NCBI GenBank assembly: GCA_048941265.1
Contig: JBHLNT010000086.1
Span: forward strand, 1-16,775
Source: Promethearchaeota archaeon
Lineage (GTDB): Archaea > Asgardarchaeota > Lokiarchaeia > Sigyniarchaeales > SOKP01
DNA: 16,775 nucleotides
Direction: 5' to 3'
A program made the translations under genes and the position numbers. This document shows positions 7,307 through 16,328 of this stretch, in pieces; within the stretch, counting starts at the first letter, position 1; each line of letters opens with the position of its first letter. Below the pieces are notes generated by a model. It saw only the letters and a program-made list of their open reading frames with translations, did no database searches and had not been told where the DNA came from.

Positions 7307-8545
7307 TTAAAGATCTAAGCCTCGTTTTTTCGCAAATAAATCCTTTAATTCATTTAGAACTTGAGAGCGTGCTGTTGCTGCGCCTCTCTGAACGGGCTCT
7401 TCAGAGGGAGTTTGAATTTCTATAGGCAATCCTCCCTGAGCAATTTGAAATGCTCCACTTTCAATGGCTCTAAGACGAGAATCAAGATCATTAAGTTGGC
7501 TGGATATACTTTCTGATAATCGTATAACAGCGTTCATCGTTTCTTCTAATATTCTGCCTAGGCCTTCTACTTTCTTGTAAGTAGGATCTGTGACTGAATA
7601 CGCCTTCATAACGTTTTTAATATATTTTGAAAACCTCGGTTCATTTGAAATAAGCGAATAGATTGAGGTTAAGTAAATCTCATAATCAAAATCGTATTTT
7701 GTCCCATTAAATAGTTCTTTTAAATTATCTTTTAAGAATTCAACATTTAATAATACTGTAGGATCATTTCTTAGGTCAGGATCATATTTGTGAACAAAAA
7801 TTAAAATATATGGATTTTCTTCTAATGTTGTCAACATATCAAGGATATCATTAAAATAATCGAATGATTCATCAAATCGTCCCGAATCTTGTACATCTAC
7901 AACATAGATAAGTAAATCTATTTGCAAAAAATACTTTTCTGGAGTTTTAAAGTATTTTTTTCTAAGTACTTCTTGGCCTCCAAAATCCCAAATGAATAGA
8001 TCAAGTGTATTCGTCTTAATGTGTTTTCGATCAACTCCCTTCGTTGGTTTTATTAAAGCTAAGTCACTTATCCCGAGCCGTCCACCAAATTTAGTAAGGA
8101 TTGCTGTCTTTCCTGCATTATCTAAGCCAACTACTATCACTTTTTGCCCCGTTTTTTTCTCTTCTATAGATTCTTTCTTAATACTTTTAATAATAGAGCT
8201 TATTGTTATTGCTTTATTTAAATTTTCTTCAAGGGTGGGATGATTTGCTTTGAGTTTCTCTATTTTAACTTCTAATTCTTTCTTTTTTTCCTTAAGTTCT
8301 TCAGGATCTTCAATTTTTTCAAGATCAAGTAATTTTTCGAAAGGTTTTTCTTTATCCAGTTTTGCAATTTCTCCGATATTGATAATATTGAAATTTTCTT
8401 CTAAATCTTTAGAAAGTCCTTCATCTACAAATTTATAGGTTGAAATTGGTAAATTTAAAATCTCATCTAGAGTTTTTAGTTTCTTAGCTACCTTTGGATC
8501 AATAAACTTTGCGAAAATTTTAATTACCGTAGTTTCTGATGCCAT
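7307..8545 (-). CDS. Ras-superfamily small GTPase (Arf/Rag-like, Asgard type) with N-terminal accessory domain and C-terminal coiled coil
   Basis: G1 GLDNAGKT, G2 PT, G3 WDFGGQ, G4 HKYD, G5 TSI. About 130-aa N-terminal extension. Heptad-like C-terminal segment ILEETMNAVIRLSESISSQLNDLDSRLRAIE. Confidence 0.9.
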   Translation of the reverse strand: MASETTVIKIFAKFIDPKVAKKLKTLDEILNLPISTYKFVDEGLSKDLEENFNIINIGEIAKLDKEKPFEKLLDLEKIEDPEELKEKKKELEVKIEKLKANHPTLEENLNKAITISSIIKSIKKESIEEKKTGQKVIVVGLDNAGKTAILTKFGGRLGISDLALIKPTKGVDRKHIKTNTLDLFIWDFGGQEVLRKKYFKTPEKYFLQIDLLIYVVDVQDSGRFDESFDYFNDILDMLTTLEENPYILIFVHKYDPDLRNDPTVLLNVEFLKDNLKELFNGTKYDFDYEIYLTSIYSLISNEPRFSKYIKNVMKAYSVTDPTYKKVEGLGRILEETMNAVIRLSESISSQLNDLDSRLRAIESGAFQIAQGGLPIEIQTPSEEPVQRGAATARSQVLNELKDLFAKKRGLDL

Positions 8546-8887
8546 TGTAATTTCTTTTATGCTTTTAATATATTAATATAAATATTAGGTATATAATTTT
8601 TTATTAGGTTTCATAAAAACCTCTAACAATAAAAAGCTTAATTTAATGTTATGAGAAAAACTTAGATGAAAATATCTAGTTAATGAGATAATTAAAATTC
8701 TTTTGACCTTTCTGTTAAAAAGAAAGGATTATATATTAATATATTACCATACTGAAAATATATTATGTAATCTTCTCATTTATTCATTTTTTATTTAATT
8801 AACATTTAAATATCTTAAAAATCATAATAATTATACACTAGGAAATTATAAAATCCAAATGTCCATTTAGGTTAAATATTAACTATT

Positions 8888-9814
8888 ATGCCCTCCGATA
8901 AACAACCTTTAAAAGATAGTGATGGATTTTTCGAAGAAGATCAAGAAGAATGTTGCGATTCCCCAAAATTGTCGGAGGAAGATGGTTTTTATGTTTGTTT
9001 GAATTGTGGCTATGTGCATTCAAGGATCCTTGATACTTCACCTAGACGTGCATTCACTGCAGAAGAGATTCAAAAAAGAAAGACAAATGAAAGAGTTTAT
9101 AGCCCAATTGGCCCACGCACTATTATACGTGGAAGCCGTGATGCGCGAGGCACTCTTTTAAGCCCAAAATATAAATCAAAATTCAATCGCCTTGCTAAAA
9201 TTCATAGAAGCTTAACAACGAGTTATGAGCGAAATTTATGGATCGCTTTGCCAAACTTACAAAGATTACAAAAAAGATTAGGAATTCCTGATACTGTTGC
9301 AGAAGATGCACTTCGAATCTATACACAAACAGTAAAGAAGAAATTAACAATGGGGAGAAGCATTGATACCTTACTTTCAGCTTCTATTTTTGCTGCACTT
9401 AGAATCCATGGCATTCCACGAACAGTTGAAGAAATAACTAAAGTTGCTCAAATACCTAAAAAAAAAGTAATTAAAAGCTTTAGGTTAATTTTAATGGAAA
9501 TATTGCCTAATCTTAACCTGAAAGTACAACATTTTCAAGCAGATCGCTATGTAGACAAATTTAATGATGAGTTAGGGCTATCAATGCAATGCAGAAATAT
9601 TGCTGTCAAACTCATAGAGAGTGCAAAAGAAAATGGATTCAATACTGCAGGCAAAGACCCAAAAGGTATAGCAGCTGCAGCAATCTATTTAGGATCTAAG
9701 ATATATAACGAGAATCGAACCCAAAAAGAGATTTCTAAGCTTGCTAAGGTCACGGAAGTTACATTACGCATGCGAGTGAAAGATCTGCAGAAATTTGCGA
9801 AGATAATTAAGTAA
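8888..9814 (+). CDS. tfb: Transcription initiation factor IIB (TFB) family protein
   Basis: N-terminal Zn-ribbon remnant (CC...VCLNCGYV), RAF B-reader, ERNL, two cyclin repeats (GRSIDTLLSASIF..PRTVEEI; GKDPKGIAAAAIY..TQKEISKLAKVTEVTLRMR). Confidence 0.93.
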   Translation: MPSDKQPLKDSDGFFEEDQEECCDSPKLSEEDGFYVCLNCGYVHSRILDTSPRRAFTAEEIQKRKTNERVYSPIGPRTIIRGSRDARGTLLSPKYKSKFNRLAKIHRSLTTSYERNLWIALPNLQRLQKRLGIPDTVAEDALRIYTQTVKKKLTMGRSIDTLLSASIFAALRIHGIPRTVEEITKVAQIPKKKVIKSFRLILMEILPNLNLKVQHFQADRYVDKFNDELGLSMQCRNIAVKLIESAKENGFNTAGKDPKGIAAAAIYLGSKIYNENRTQKEISKLAKVTEVTLRMRVKDLQKFAKIIK

Positions 9815-9949
9815 ATTTTAAATAGAATAACAATTATGTTTCATGGGATATTCTGAGAAAGATGTAAAAAAAGTAGAGAAATATTTAAATTTAGAAGTAA
9901 AATTTGGACGATTAAACGGTTTATTGATTTTTAATTAATAAAATAAGAA

Positions 9950-12900
9950 TTATTGAATTATTTCAGTTAACTCATTTTCCTCGTCAAATAAAGGCAAGCC
10001 TATTAAAAATAGTTTAAGTTTTGGTCTAAATTCCTCTAACTTCTCAACTAATACATCCAAAATTAACAACAATAATGAAACATAAAAAGTTTCCTCTAAC
10101 AAGGTTTTACTCATTCCAAGATTATCTAAATAGGAAATAACTTTAACTTTAATTTTTAAATTTGAATCTTGGTCTTGCGATTTTAATAATGAAAGTCCAT
10201 ATAAAAGAATTAAGAGAGAGCCTGTCTGATAATCTTTCCTTTTTATAAAACTATCTGCTAAATCCAAGTACTTGTCTGCAGCTTCTTTAAAAGAATTATC
10301 CCTTAGATAATTTAAGATCTCATCATAATATCGTTTCTTTGTGGCTTTTCTTTTCTTTATAAGATCTTCATTCACACTCTTAATATCTCCCATTTTTTGT
10401 TGGAGTGCTGCAATAATTTGATCTAATTCTAATTTTAGCTTAGATAATTCAGCACCCTCTTTTTTTATCATAACCTCCTTTTTATCATCTTTTATAATGT
10501 CTTCACCAGCTAGAGTAGTCAAGAATTCTATTTCTGGTTCGAAAAGCATTAATCTTTCACTAAGAATATTAATTGTAATGTTGATTAATTCTTGAATATA
10601 GTTCTCAAATGCTAAAAATACATATTCCATAAACTGAATTTCTGGCAATGACTCTAACTCATCCTTGAACACTGTCAACTTATTTAAATTATTTTCATAT
10701 ATTGCTTTAGCATTAAAAAAATCCCTAACTTTAATTAAAATCATTGAGCCTATAATTAATCCAATGGCAGCATGTTTGTAGAATTTTTTTTCTATTAATT
10801 TATTATAGGATTCAAGATAGATTGAAGATGCTTCTAATAAGTTATTTTTTGATAATTCTTCGATTGCCTTATTCCAATAATCTCTCCTCATTATTTTCCT
10901 TTTAGCAAATTCTTGTTTATCGATTTCAATTTTTTTCGCTAAAGTATTGATTTCACTCCTAAGTTTAGCAATTTCACCAATTCCTAACTCGAATTCTAAA
11001 ATTTGTTCTTCTTCTTTATATTCTTTACCTAACACTTCATAAAGAATTCGAATTTCTTCATCAAATAAGGGAAGATTTTCAAGATAAGATAATGCTTCCT
11101 TAAGTTTTGGTTCATCTTGCAATTTTTCCATTTCTAAAATATAATCAATTAAAGTAAATGGAAATGTTTCTGTAAATAATTTACCTGAGCTGGATAATTC
11201 ATATTTAATTTGATTAAAGAAATTTGTCATTTCTTTAATTTTATTATCTTTTAACAATAATAGACAAGCCACAGCTAAGGAAACCCCAGCTAAATTATAT
11301 CTTTTTCTTTTTTCTAATCCAATTATACTTTCGTAATAATATTTAATTGCTTGTTCATATTCTTGCTTTTTTACAGAATTTAAAGCATCTACAAGATAAG
11401 CTCTCTTTAATCCTTTTCTTTGTTTAAATTCATTTTTTCTATCATGTAAAGCATCTTGAGCTTTCTTCTTAATAATGGAAAGTTTTTCTTTTAAGAATTC
11501 AGCTCTTTTAGATTCAATTACCATTTTAGATTCAAGAGCACTTTCATATGCTTCTAATTTTTCTAGCTGTTTATTTAATTTTGATTTATACTCTGGATTT
11601 TCAATTTTATCAATAATTGTTTGCGCAGAAGGATAATCTTTAAGAGCTATAAAGATTTCTGCAATTTTTTTATACAATTTATTAAAAGTAATCTTATCTT
11701 TTTCTTTATCCAGATATGCTGAAAATATTGTATCAACTTTTTTTATTAAATGCGTTGCTTTATCAATCCCTATTTCATTTTCTTCAATTTCAACAATTCG
11801 TAAAGCTTCATTTTTAATAACCTTAATATATAATCTACTTATTTTTTTAGATTCCTCATAAAGCATTAAATTTCTAAAAATTTTATTAGACATCTCAAAA
11901 AATTTTTCATTTTTCTCAAATTGCTCTTCTTCTTTTATTTCCTTTAATTTTTCAAAATATTTAGGAAAAATCCGAGCTATGTAATCTTTTCCCTTATCTT
12001 TTGATAAATATGAGAAACTTTTGAAGAAAATATCAAATTGTTTCGCATCTATCAAAATATCTAATGATTTTGTTAAAATTTGATTTGCGATCTCTTCTTT
12101 ACCAATATTATTAAGGAAGACAGACTGGTTTTTTATGACTTTTGCAGCATTAAGAAATTCTTTTTTCTTCTGAAAATTATTAGCTTCCTTTAATACTTGA
12201 GAATTCATCTCAGCAATTATACTCATTTCGGTATTAATAAACTCTTTTAGTATATCAACCCCTCTTTGAATATTCTCTTCAACTTTTTTCTTTTTAGATG
12301 CTTTATAATCTTCTTCTGCTTTCGTGATTAATTCTGTGAGTTTTTGTTTTAAATCATATGAACTTAATTTATTAATTAATGTTCCAGCCATAGGAAAATT
12401 AAGTTCTTCAATAAGTAACTCAATCATTTTTTCTAAACATTTATCTAGATTAGGTTTTTTTAATTTGTAACTATCCCAGATATTTTCCATTTCATCATAT
12501 TTTTCTTTTGCTAAATAGACCTCTTTTTCGTCTATTTTTTGTTTAAGTATTTCCTTTAAAATATCGATCTGCTTATTAGTAAACTCATTTAAGTTATCGA
12601 AAAGCCCTTCTCGTTGATATATATGAATACTATAATATAATTGAACTTTAGCAGCCTCAAAATTTCCAATCGAAGCTAAATAATTTACTGCATTAATTAT
12701 TTTATCTGCTATATTCTTTAGAATTGGTAAGACTTGTTCATGTGGCAATCTTTCAAGGACTTTAAAAGCTTTATCACACTTACAAGCTGAAATCCAAGAA
12801 GTTATAGCCAATTTAAAACTTTTTTGTACCAAGTCTTGGTTATCTAGTTCAATAGAGGCCCATTGACCAGCATTTTCATATTGATTGGCTGCAGTTTCGT

Positions 12901-13705
12901 AATTTTTCTTATTAAATTGCTTGTTTCCTTCTAAGATCATCGCATCATGATAACTTTTTCTAAACTCCTTATATCTACTTTTATCAATATTTTCCAAAAT
13001 TTTTGAGGCTTCTAAATAAAGATTTATTTTCGAAAAAAGATAAGCTGCCTGTTCGCAATGTATATAATACTCATCGCTATTATAGATTTCAGATATTGTT
13101 GCAGCTTTTTTCATTACTTGGGCTGTAGAAAAATAATTTTGTTGCGCAAAATAAGAATTTGCTAACTCGATAAAAATTGGGAATCTCATCCATGCATTTT
13201 CAATATTCAGTGGAGTGTCACCCGAAATCATAGCAAGACACAAACATTCAAGTGGTTGATGAAATAAATTAGGAGGTAGATTTACGAATGCCTCAAGCTC
13301 GGGATAATTTTTCCACACATATTCTAATAACTCATTTATAGAGATGGGGATAATTCCCGATGAATCATAATATATAATTACAACCGGGATGGGAGGGTCT
13401 CGTATAACAGATCTAATTATTGAATAATACAACTCAAATATTTCTAATTCTTCTTTTACAAGGGGATTTAAAAAAAATATCACTCCATCAACCGTAGGTA
13501 TCAATTCGTCGAAATCTGCGGCTATTAAATCCGTGATCACATTAACCTCTAAGTCGCAAACATTTTCTAGAGCATTAATTTCCTTATACCATTCTATGAG
13601 CTTAAGTTCCTCTTTAAATTCTCCTGAATCCAAAAATGCTCTTGTCACATATTCTACTGAAGATCCAGGGTCTCCCAAAATCAATATTTTAAATACATAA
13701 CGCAT
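9950..13705 (-). CDS. Large alpha-helical (TPR/SNAP-like) repeat protein with N-terminal degenerate small-GTPase-like domain
   Basis: 1251 aa. Starts YVFKILILGD and has DGVIFFLN and IPVVII strands typical of a Ras fold, but no GK[ST]. Followed by A..Y..A helical patterns and three C-terminal repeats ending LPLFDEE/LMLFEPE/LPLFDEE. Confidence 0.7.
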   Translation of the reverse strand: MRYVFKILILGDPGSSVEYVTRAFLDSGEFKEELKLIEWYKEINALENVCDLEVNVITDLIAADFDELIPTVDGVIFFLNPLVKEELEIFELYYSIIRSVIRDPPIPVVIIYYDSSGIIPISINELLEYVWKNYPELEAFVNLPPNLFHQPLECLCLAMISGDTPLNIENAWMRFPIFIELANSYFAQQNYFSTAQVMKKAATISEIYNSDEYYIHCEQAAYLFSKINLYLEASKILENIDKSRYKEFRKSYHDAMILEGNKQFNKKNYETAANQYENAGQWASIELDNQDLVQKSFKLAITSWISACKCDKAFKVLERLPHEQVLPILKNIADKIINAVNYLASIGNFEAAKVQLYYSIHIYQREGLFDNLNEFTNKQIDILKEILKQKIDEKEVYLAKEKYDEMENIWDSYKLKKPNLDKCLEKMIELLIEELNFPMAGTLINKLSSYDLKQKLTELITKAEEDYKASKKKKVEENIQRGVDILKEFINTEMSIIAEMNSQVLKEANNFQKKKEFLNAAKVIKNQSVFLNNIGKEEIANQILTKSLDILIDAKQFDIFFKSFSYLSKDKGKDYIARIFPKYFEKLKEIKEEEQFEKNEKFFEMSNKIFRNLMLYEESKKISRLYIKVIKNEALRIVEIEENEIGIDKATHLIKKVDTIFSAYLDKEKDKITFNKLYKKIAEIFIALKDYPSAQTIIDKIENPEYKSKLNKQLEKLEAYESALESKMVIESKRAEFLKEKLSIIKKKAQDALHDRKNEFKQRKGLKRAYLVDALNSVKKQEYEQAIKYYYESIIGLEKRKRYNLAGVSLAVACLLLLKDNKIKEMTNFFNQIKYELSSSGKLFTETFPFTLIDYILEMEKLQDEPKLKEALSYLENLPLFDEEIRILYEVLGKEYKEEEQILEFELGIGEIAKLRSEINTLAKKIEIDKQEFAKRKIMRRDYWNKAIEELSKNNLLEASSIYLESYNKLIEKKFYKHAAIGLIIGSMILIKVRDFFNAKAIYENNLNKLTVFKDELESLPEIQFMEYVFLAFENYIQELINITINILSERLMLFEPEIEFLTTLAGEDIIKDDKKEVMIKKEGAELSKLKLELDQIIAALQQKMGDIKSVNEDLIKKRKATKKRYYDEILNYLRDNSFKEAADKYLDLADSFIKRKDYQTGSLLILLYGLSLLKSQDQDSNLKIKVKVISYLDNLGMSKTLLEETFYVSLLLLILDVLVEKLEEFRPKLKLFLIGLPLFDEENELTEIIQ

Positions 13706-13834
13706 TAAAAGTCACAAAAAACTATAAGATTAATATTATCAAATAATTTAAATTTTAAAATCTATTTTCCTCTTATAATTAATTAAATGAAATGGATTTT
13801 TATATTTTTTTAGATATATATTAAATTATGGCAA

Positions 13835-14515
13835 TTGAGCGGAGAGGCTGAATTGGAAGACGACTACATAGAAAGAAATTACAATATCTTACAAAATAAG
13901 ATGATTGAAGAGATGGATTTAGCTCTTAATTTCGGAAAAAAGTTGGTTGATTCAGAATTAGATGCTGGAATATTTGATTTTGTTGTCAAACCAATCGTTA
14001 AATCATTTTATAATTATTGGAGTGTACATGATGCTAGAATTGGTACTCTAAAACAAATAGAGGTTGCTTTGGACTGTGGAAAACACTTATATAAAAATGG
14101 TGCTGATCAGGAAGAATTTGACCGTGCTATTGAGGAAAATTTTCCTACATACTTTGAAAATGACCAAATATATAGACAATGTCGAAAAAATCATAAAGGT
14201 TTTAAGAAACTAAAGGAAGTAACAAAAGAAACTTTTATTACACAAGTTAAGGAAGTAATTACATTTCTTGGAATCAAAGATAATATTCATGACTATAATT
14301 CATTAGTCAGAGCAGCATTTAATTCAAAACAAGAAGCTTATAAATCACTAATTATTCAATTAGATTTAAATGATAAATGTATAGAGATAGTTGAAAAAAA
14401 TCCTTCCATTCTTAAAATCCCGACTGGAAAGAATATAATAATTAAAGTGCTTAGGAAAGGATTTATTAAAACTAAACAGTATTTGATTGATGGATTAGAC
14501 GAAATTTACGATTAA
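13835..14515 (+). CDS. Hypothetical protein (soluble, probably helical)
   Basis: 226-aa ORF with TTG start and TAA stop, composition like neighbouring genes. No motif recognised; start uncertain. Confidence 0.7.
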   Translation: MSGEAELEDDYIERNYNILQNKMIEEMDLALNFGKKLVDSELDAGIFDFVVKPIVKSFYNYWSVHDARIGTLKQIEVALDCGKHLYKNGADQEEFDRAIEENFPTYFENDQIYRQCRKNHKGFKKLKEVTKETFITQVKEVITFLGIKDNIHDYNSLVRAAFNSKQEAYKSLIIQLDLNDKCIEIVEKNPSILKIPTGKNIIIKVLRKGFIKTKQYLIDGLDEIYD

Positions 14516-14569
14516 CTAATTTTAATCTCGTTATTTTATGTATCTTAAGAAAAATATAAGGAGTTCACT

Positions 14570-15631
14570 TTGAATTTAACTTCTGAACAGAAAAAAAAGA
14601 ATATTATAAGGATCATTTTTTTAAATTTATTTATTAGCACATTCATTATTATGTGTTATTTTTATATTTCAGAGATTTTTGGTTCTATTTCTAGTCCCTA
14701 TCAAGAAGATTCCAAGTTTTTTGTTCAATTTGGATTTACATTATTAATTTTTACCTTTTTTTCAGTCTTAGCAGGCTCTTTTCACGGATTCATCGCAGGA
14801 TTTATAGGAGAATATCTGTATCAATTAGCATATTATCAAACTGTTTACCTAGATTGGTGCTTACTAATTGCATTCTGGGGATTTATATGTGGAATCTATA
14901 AATACAAACCACTAAAATATCAAGAAAAATTAAAAGTGTTTTATACAGTTCTTTGTCTATTTCTTTATTCGGCAATAATGGTAATTTTAATTGTAATTAT
15001 TCAAAAAAATTATTACTTAATTAATGACAATATAAATTCAATAATTTTTAATTATGGGTTCAAATTTTTCATTCAATCCTTAATTACGATTATATTTTTT
15101 GTCCCAATTCTTTTATTCTTATATGATAAGGGTTTAGCTACTCAGGAACGCCATTGGTATTTTATGATTTTGACTCATCATCCTATTTCAGCAAGTGATC
15201 ATACATTTCATTTTAAGTTTGGCAGAACATATGTTTATTTCTGTTCTAGGTGTTCTGGTGTAATTATAGGAGGGATGATCGCTACTTTCTACACACACTT
15301 AATTGAGAAGATCTATAATGTAGAGTTCAGTCCTGAACTTGCTGTCTTATTATGTATTATTTTACCAATACCCGGTTTAATTGATTGGGGCACTCAAAGG
15401 ATGTTATTAAGAAAAAGTACAACCGAATCAAGACTCTTGACAGGATTTATCATTGGTGCAGCGCTCCATTTAATGTCTTTTACTTATAACAAATATTATT
15501 TTTTCATGTTATTTTTATTGACTCTATACTTTTCTATACTATTTTTACTCATGTATTTTGGAAATCGTAAAGAAATGAGATTACAAAAAGAGGAATTTGA
15601 ACATAATTTTCCCTCTAATAGTGGATATTAA
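14570..15631 (+). CDS. Membrane protein: ECF S-component-like N-terminal domain plus DUF2085-like C-terminal domain
   Basis: AAGGAG at 14558-14563 before TTG. SVLAGSFHGFIAGFIGEYLYQL resembles the S-component GP..G...G.IG pattern. HTF..G...FCSRCSG, P.LIDWGTQ and S...RLLTG are DUF2085-like. Confidence 0.7.
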   Translation: MNLTSEQKKKNIIRIIFLNLFISTFIIMCYFYISEIFGSISSPYQEDSKFFVQFGFTLLIFTFFSVLAGSFHGFIAGFIGEYLYQLAYYQTVYLDWCLLIAFWGFICGIYKYKPLKYQEKLKVFYTVLCLFLYSAIMVILIVIIQKNYYLINDNINSIIFNYGFKFFIQSLITIIFFVPILLFLYDKGLATQERHWYFMILTHHPISASDHTFHFKFGRTYVYFCSRCSGVIIGGMIATFYTHLIEKIYNVEFSPELAVLLCIILPIPGLIDWGTQRMLLRKSTTESRLLTGFIIGAALHLMSFTYNKYYFFMLFLLTLYFSILFLLMYFGNRKEMRLQKEEFEHNFPSNSGY

Positions 15632-15662
15632 AGTAATAAATAATCTTTCAGAGATAATAAGA

Positions 15663-16169
15663 ATGCCAAATATTATTTTTATTCATGGTTTGGAAAGTTC
15701 TGGGCAAGGTTTTAAAGGTCAATTTTTTAGAAAAGTTTTACCTGGAATTTTGACACCAGATTTTAGGGCATATCATCCTGATATCACTTATAATGCTTTA
15801 TTAATAGAAAGAATGGCTCAACTATACACAATTTTGGAGGATAAAGAGAAATGGATCATTATTGGCTCTAGTTTTGGAGGTTTAATGGGAGCTTTATATT
15901 CTTGTCAATTACCAAATAAAGTCTCTCGTTTAATCTTACTCGCTCCAGTTTTATCGACTCCGCATTTAGATCCAAAAAAATTCAAACCGATTAATATCCC
16001 TGTTATAGTTTATCATGGTAAGAAGGATCAAATTGTTCCATTAAAATCTTCACGCTTACGAGCAAAGAAACTCTTTAAAAATCTAACTTATAATATTGTA
16101 GATGATGATCATATGCTTCATTCGACTGTATTGGAAATTAATTGGCCCCAATTAACGAGAGAGAGCTAA
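15663..16169 (+). CDS. Small alpha/beta-hydrolase (YqiA/UPF0227-like esterase)
   Basis: FIHGLESS oxyanion motif, GSSFGG nucleophile elbow, HGKKDQIVP Asp, DDDHML His. ATG at 15663 preferred over 15597 because it avoids overlap and begins at the first beta-strand. Confidence 0.85.
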   Translation: MPNIIFIHGLESSGQGFKGQFFRKVLPGILTPDFRAYHPDITYNALLIERMAQLYTILEDKEKWIIIGSSFGGLMGALYSCQLPNKVSRLILLAPVLSTPHLDPKKFKPINIPVIVYHGKKDQIVPLKSSRLRAKKLFKNLTYNIVDDDHMLHSTVLEINWPQLTRES

Positions 16170-16328
16170 CTATGATAAAGTTTAAAACTATTAGTTAATA
16201 ACTTTTATAAAAACTGGACTCCAAGTTGTTTTTAATCGAATGTAAAGATATTTTAGATAAGATCAAATGTTTCTCTTAGATCATAAAAAATAAAATGAAT
16301 AAAACAAATCAATAATATAAGGGATAAA

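Noticed and set aside
4184-8438. Short ORFs 4184..4447, 5737..6036, 7003..7224, 7992..8243 and 8250..8438
   Set aside because: All are antisense to well-supported genes, low-complexity, with no recognisable motifs.
8546-8887. ncRNA, tRNA or CRISPR array in the long intergenic gaps (also 3521-3802, 9815-9949, 13706-13834, 16170-16328)
   Set aside because: Very AT-rich, with no GC-rich stems, cloverleaf or regularly spaced repeats. Short AT palindromes are expected by chance.
15597-15662. Longer N-terminus for the alpha/beta hydrolase
   Set aside because: Overlaps the upstream gene. The fold starts at MPNIIFIHG (ATG 15663).
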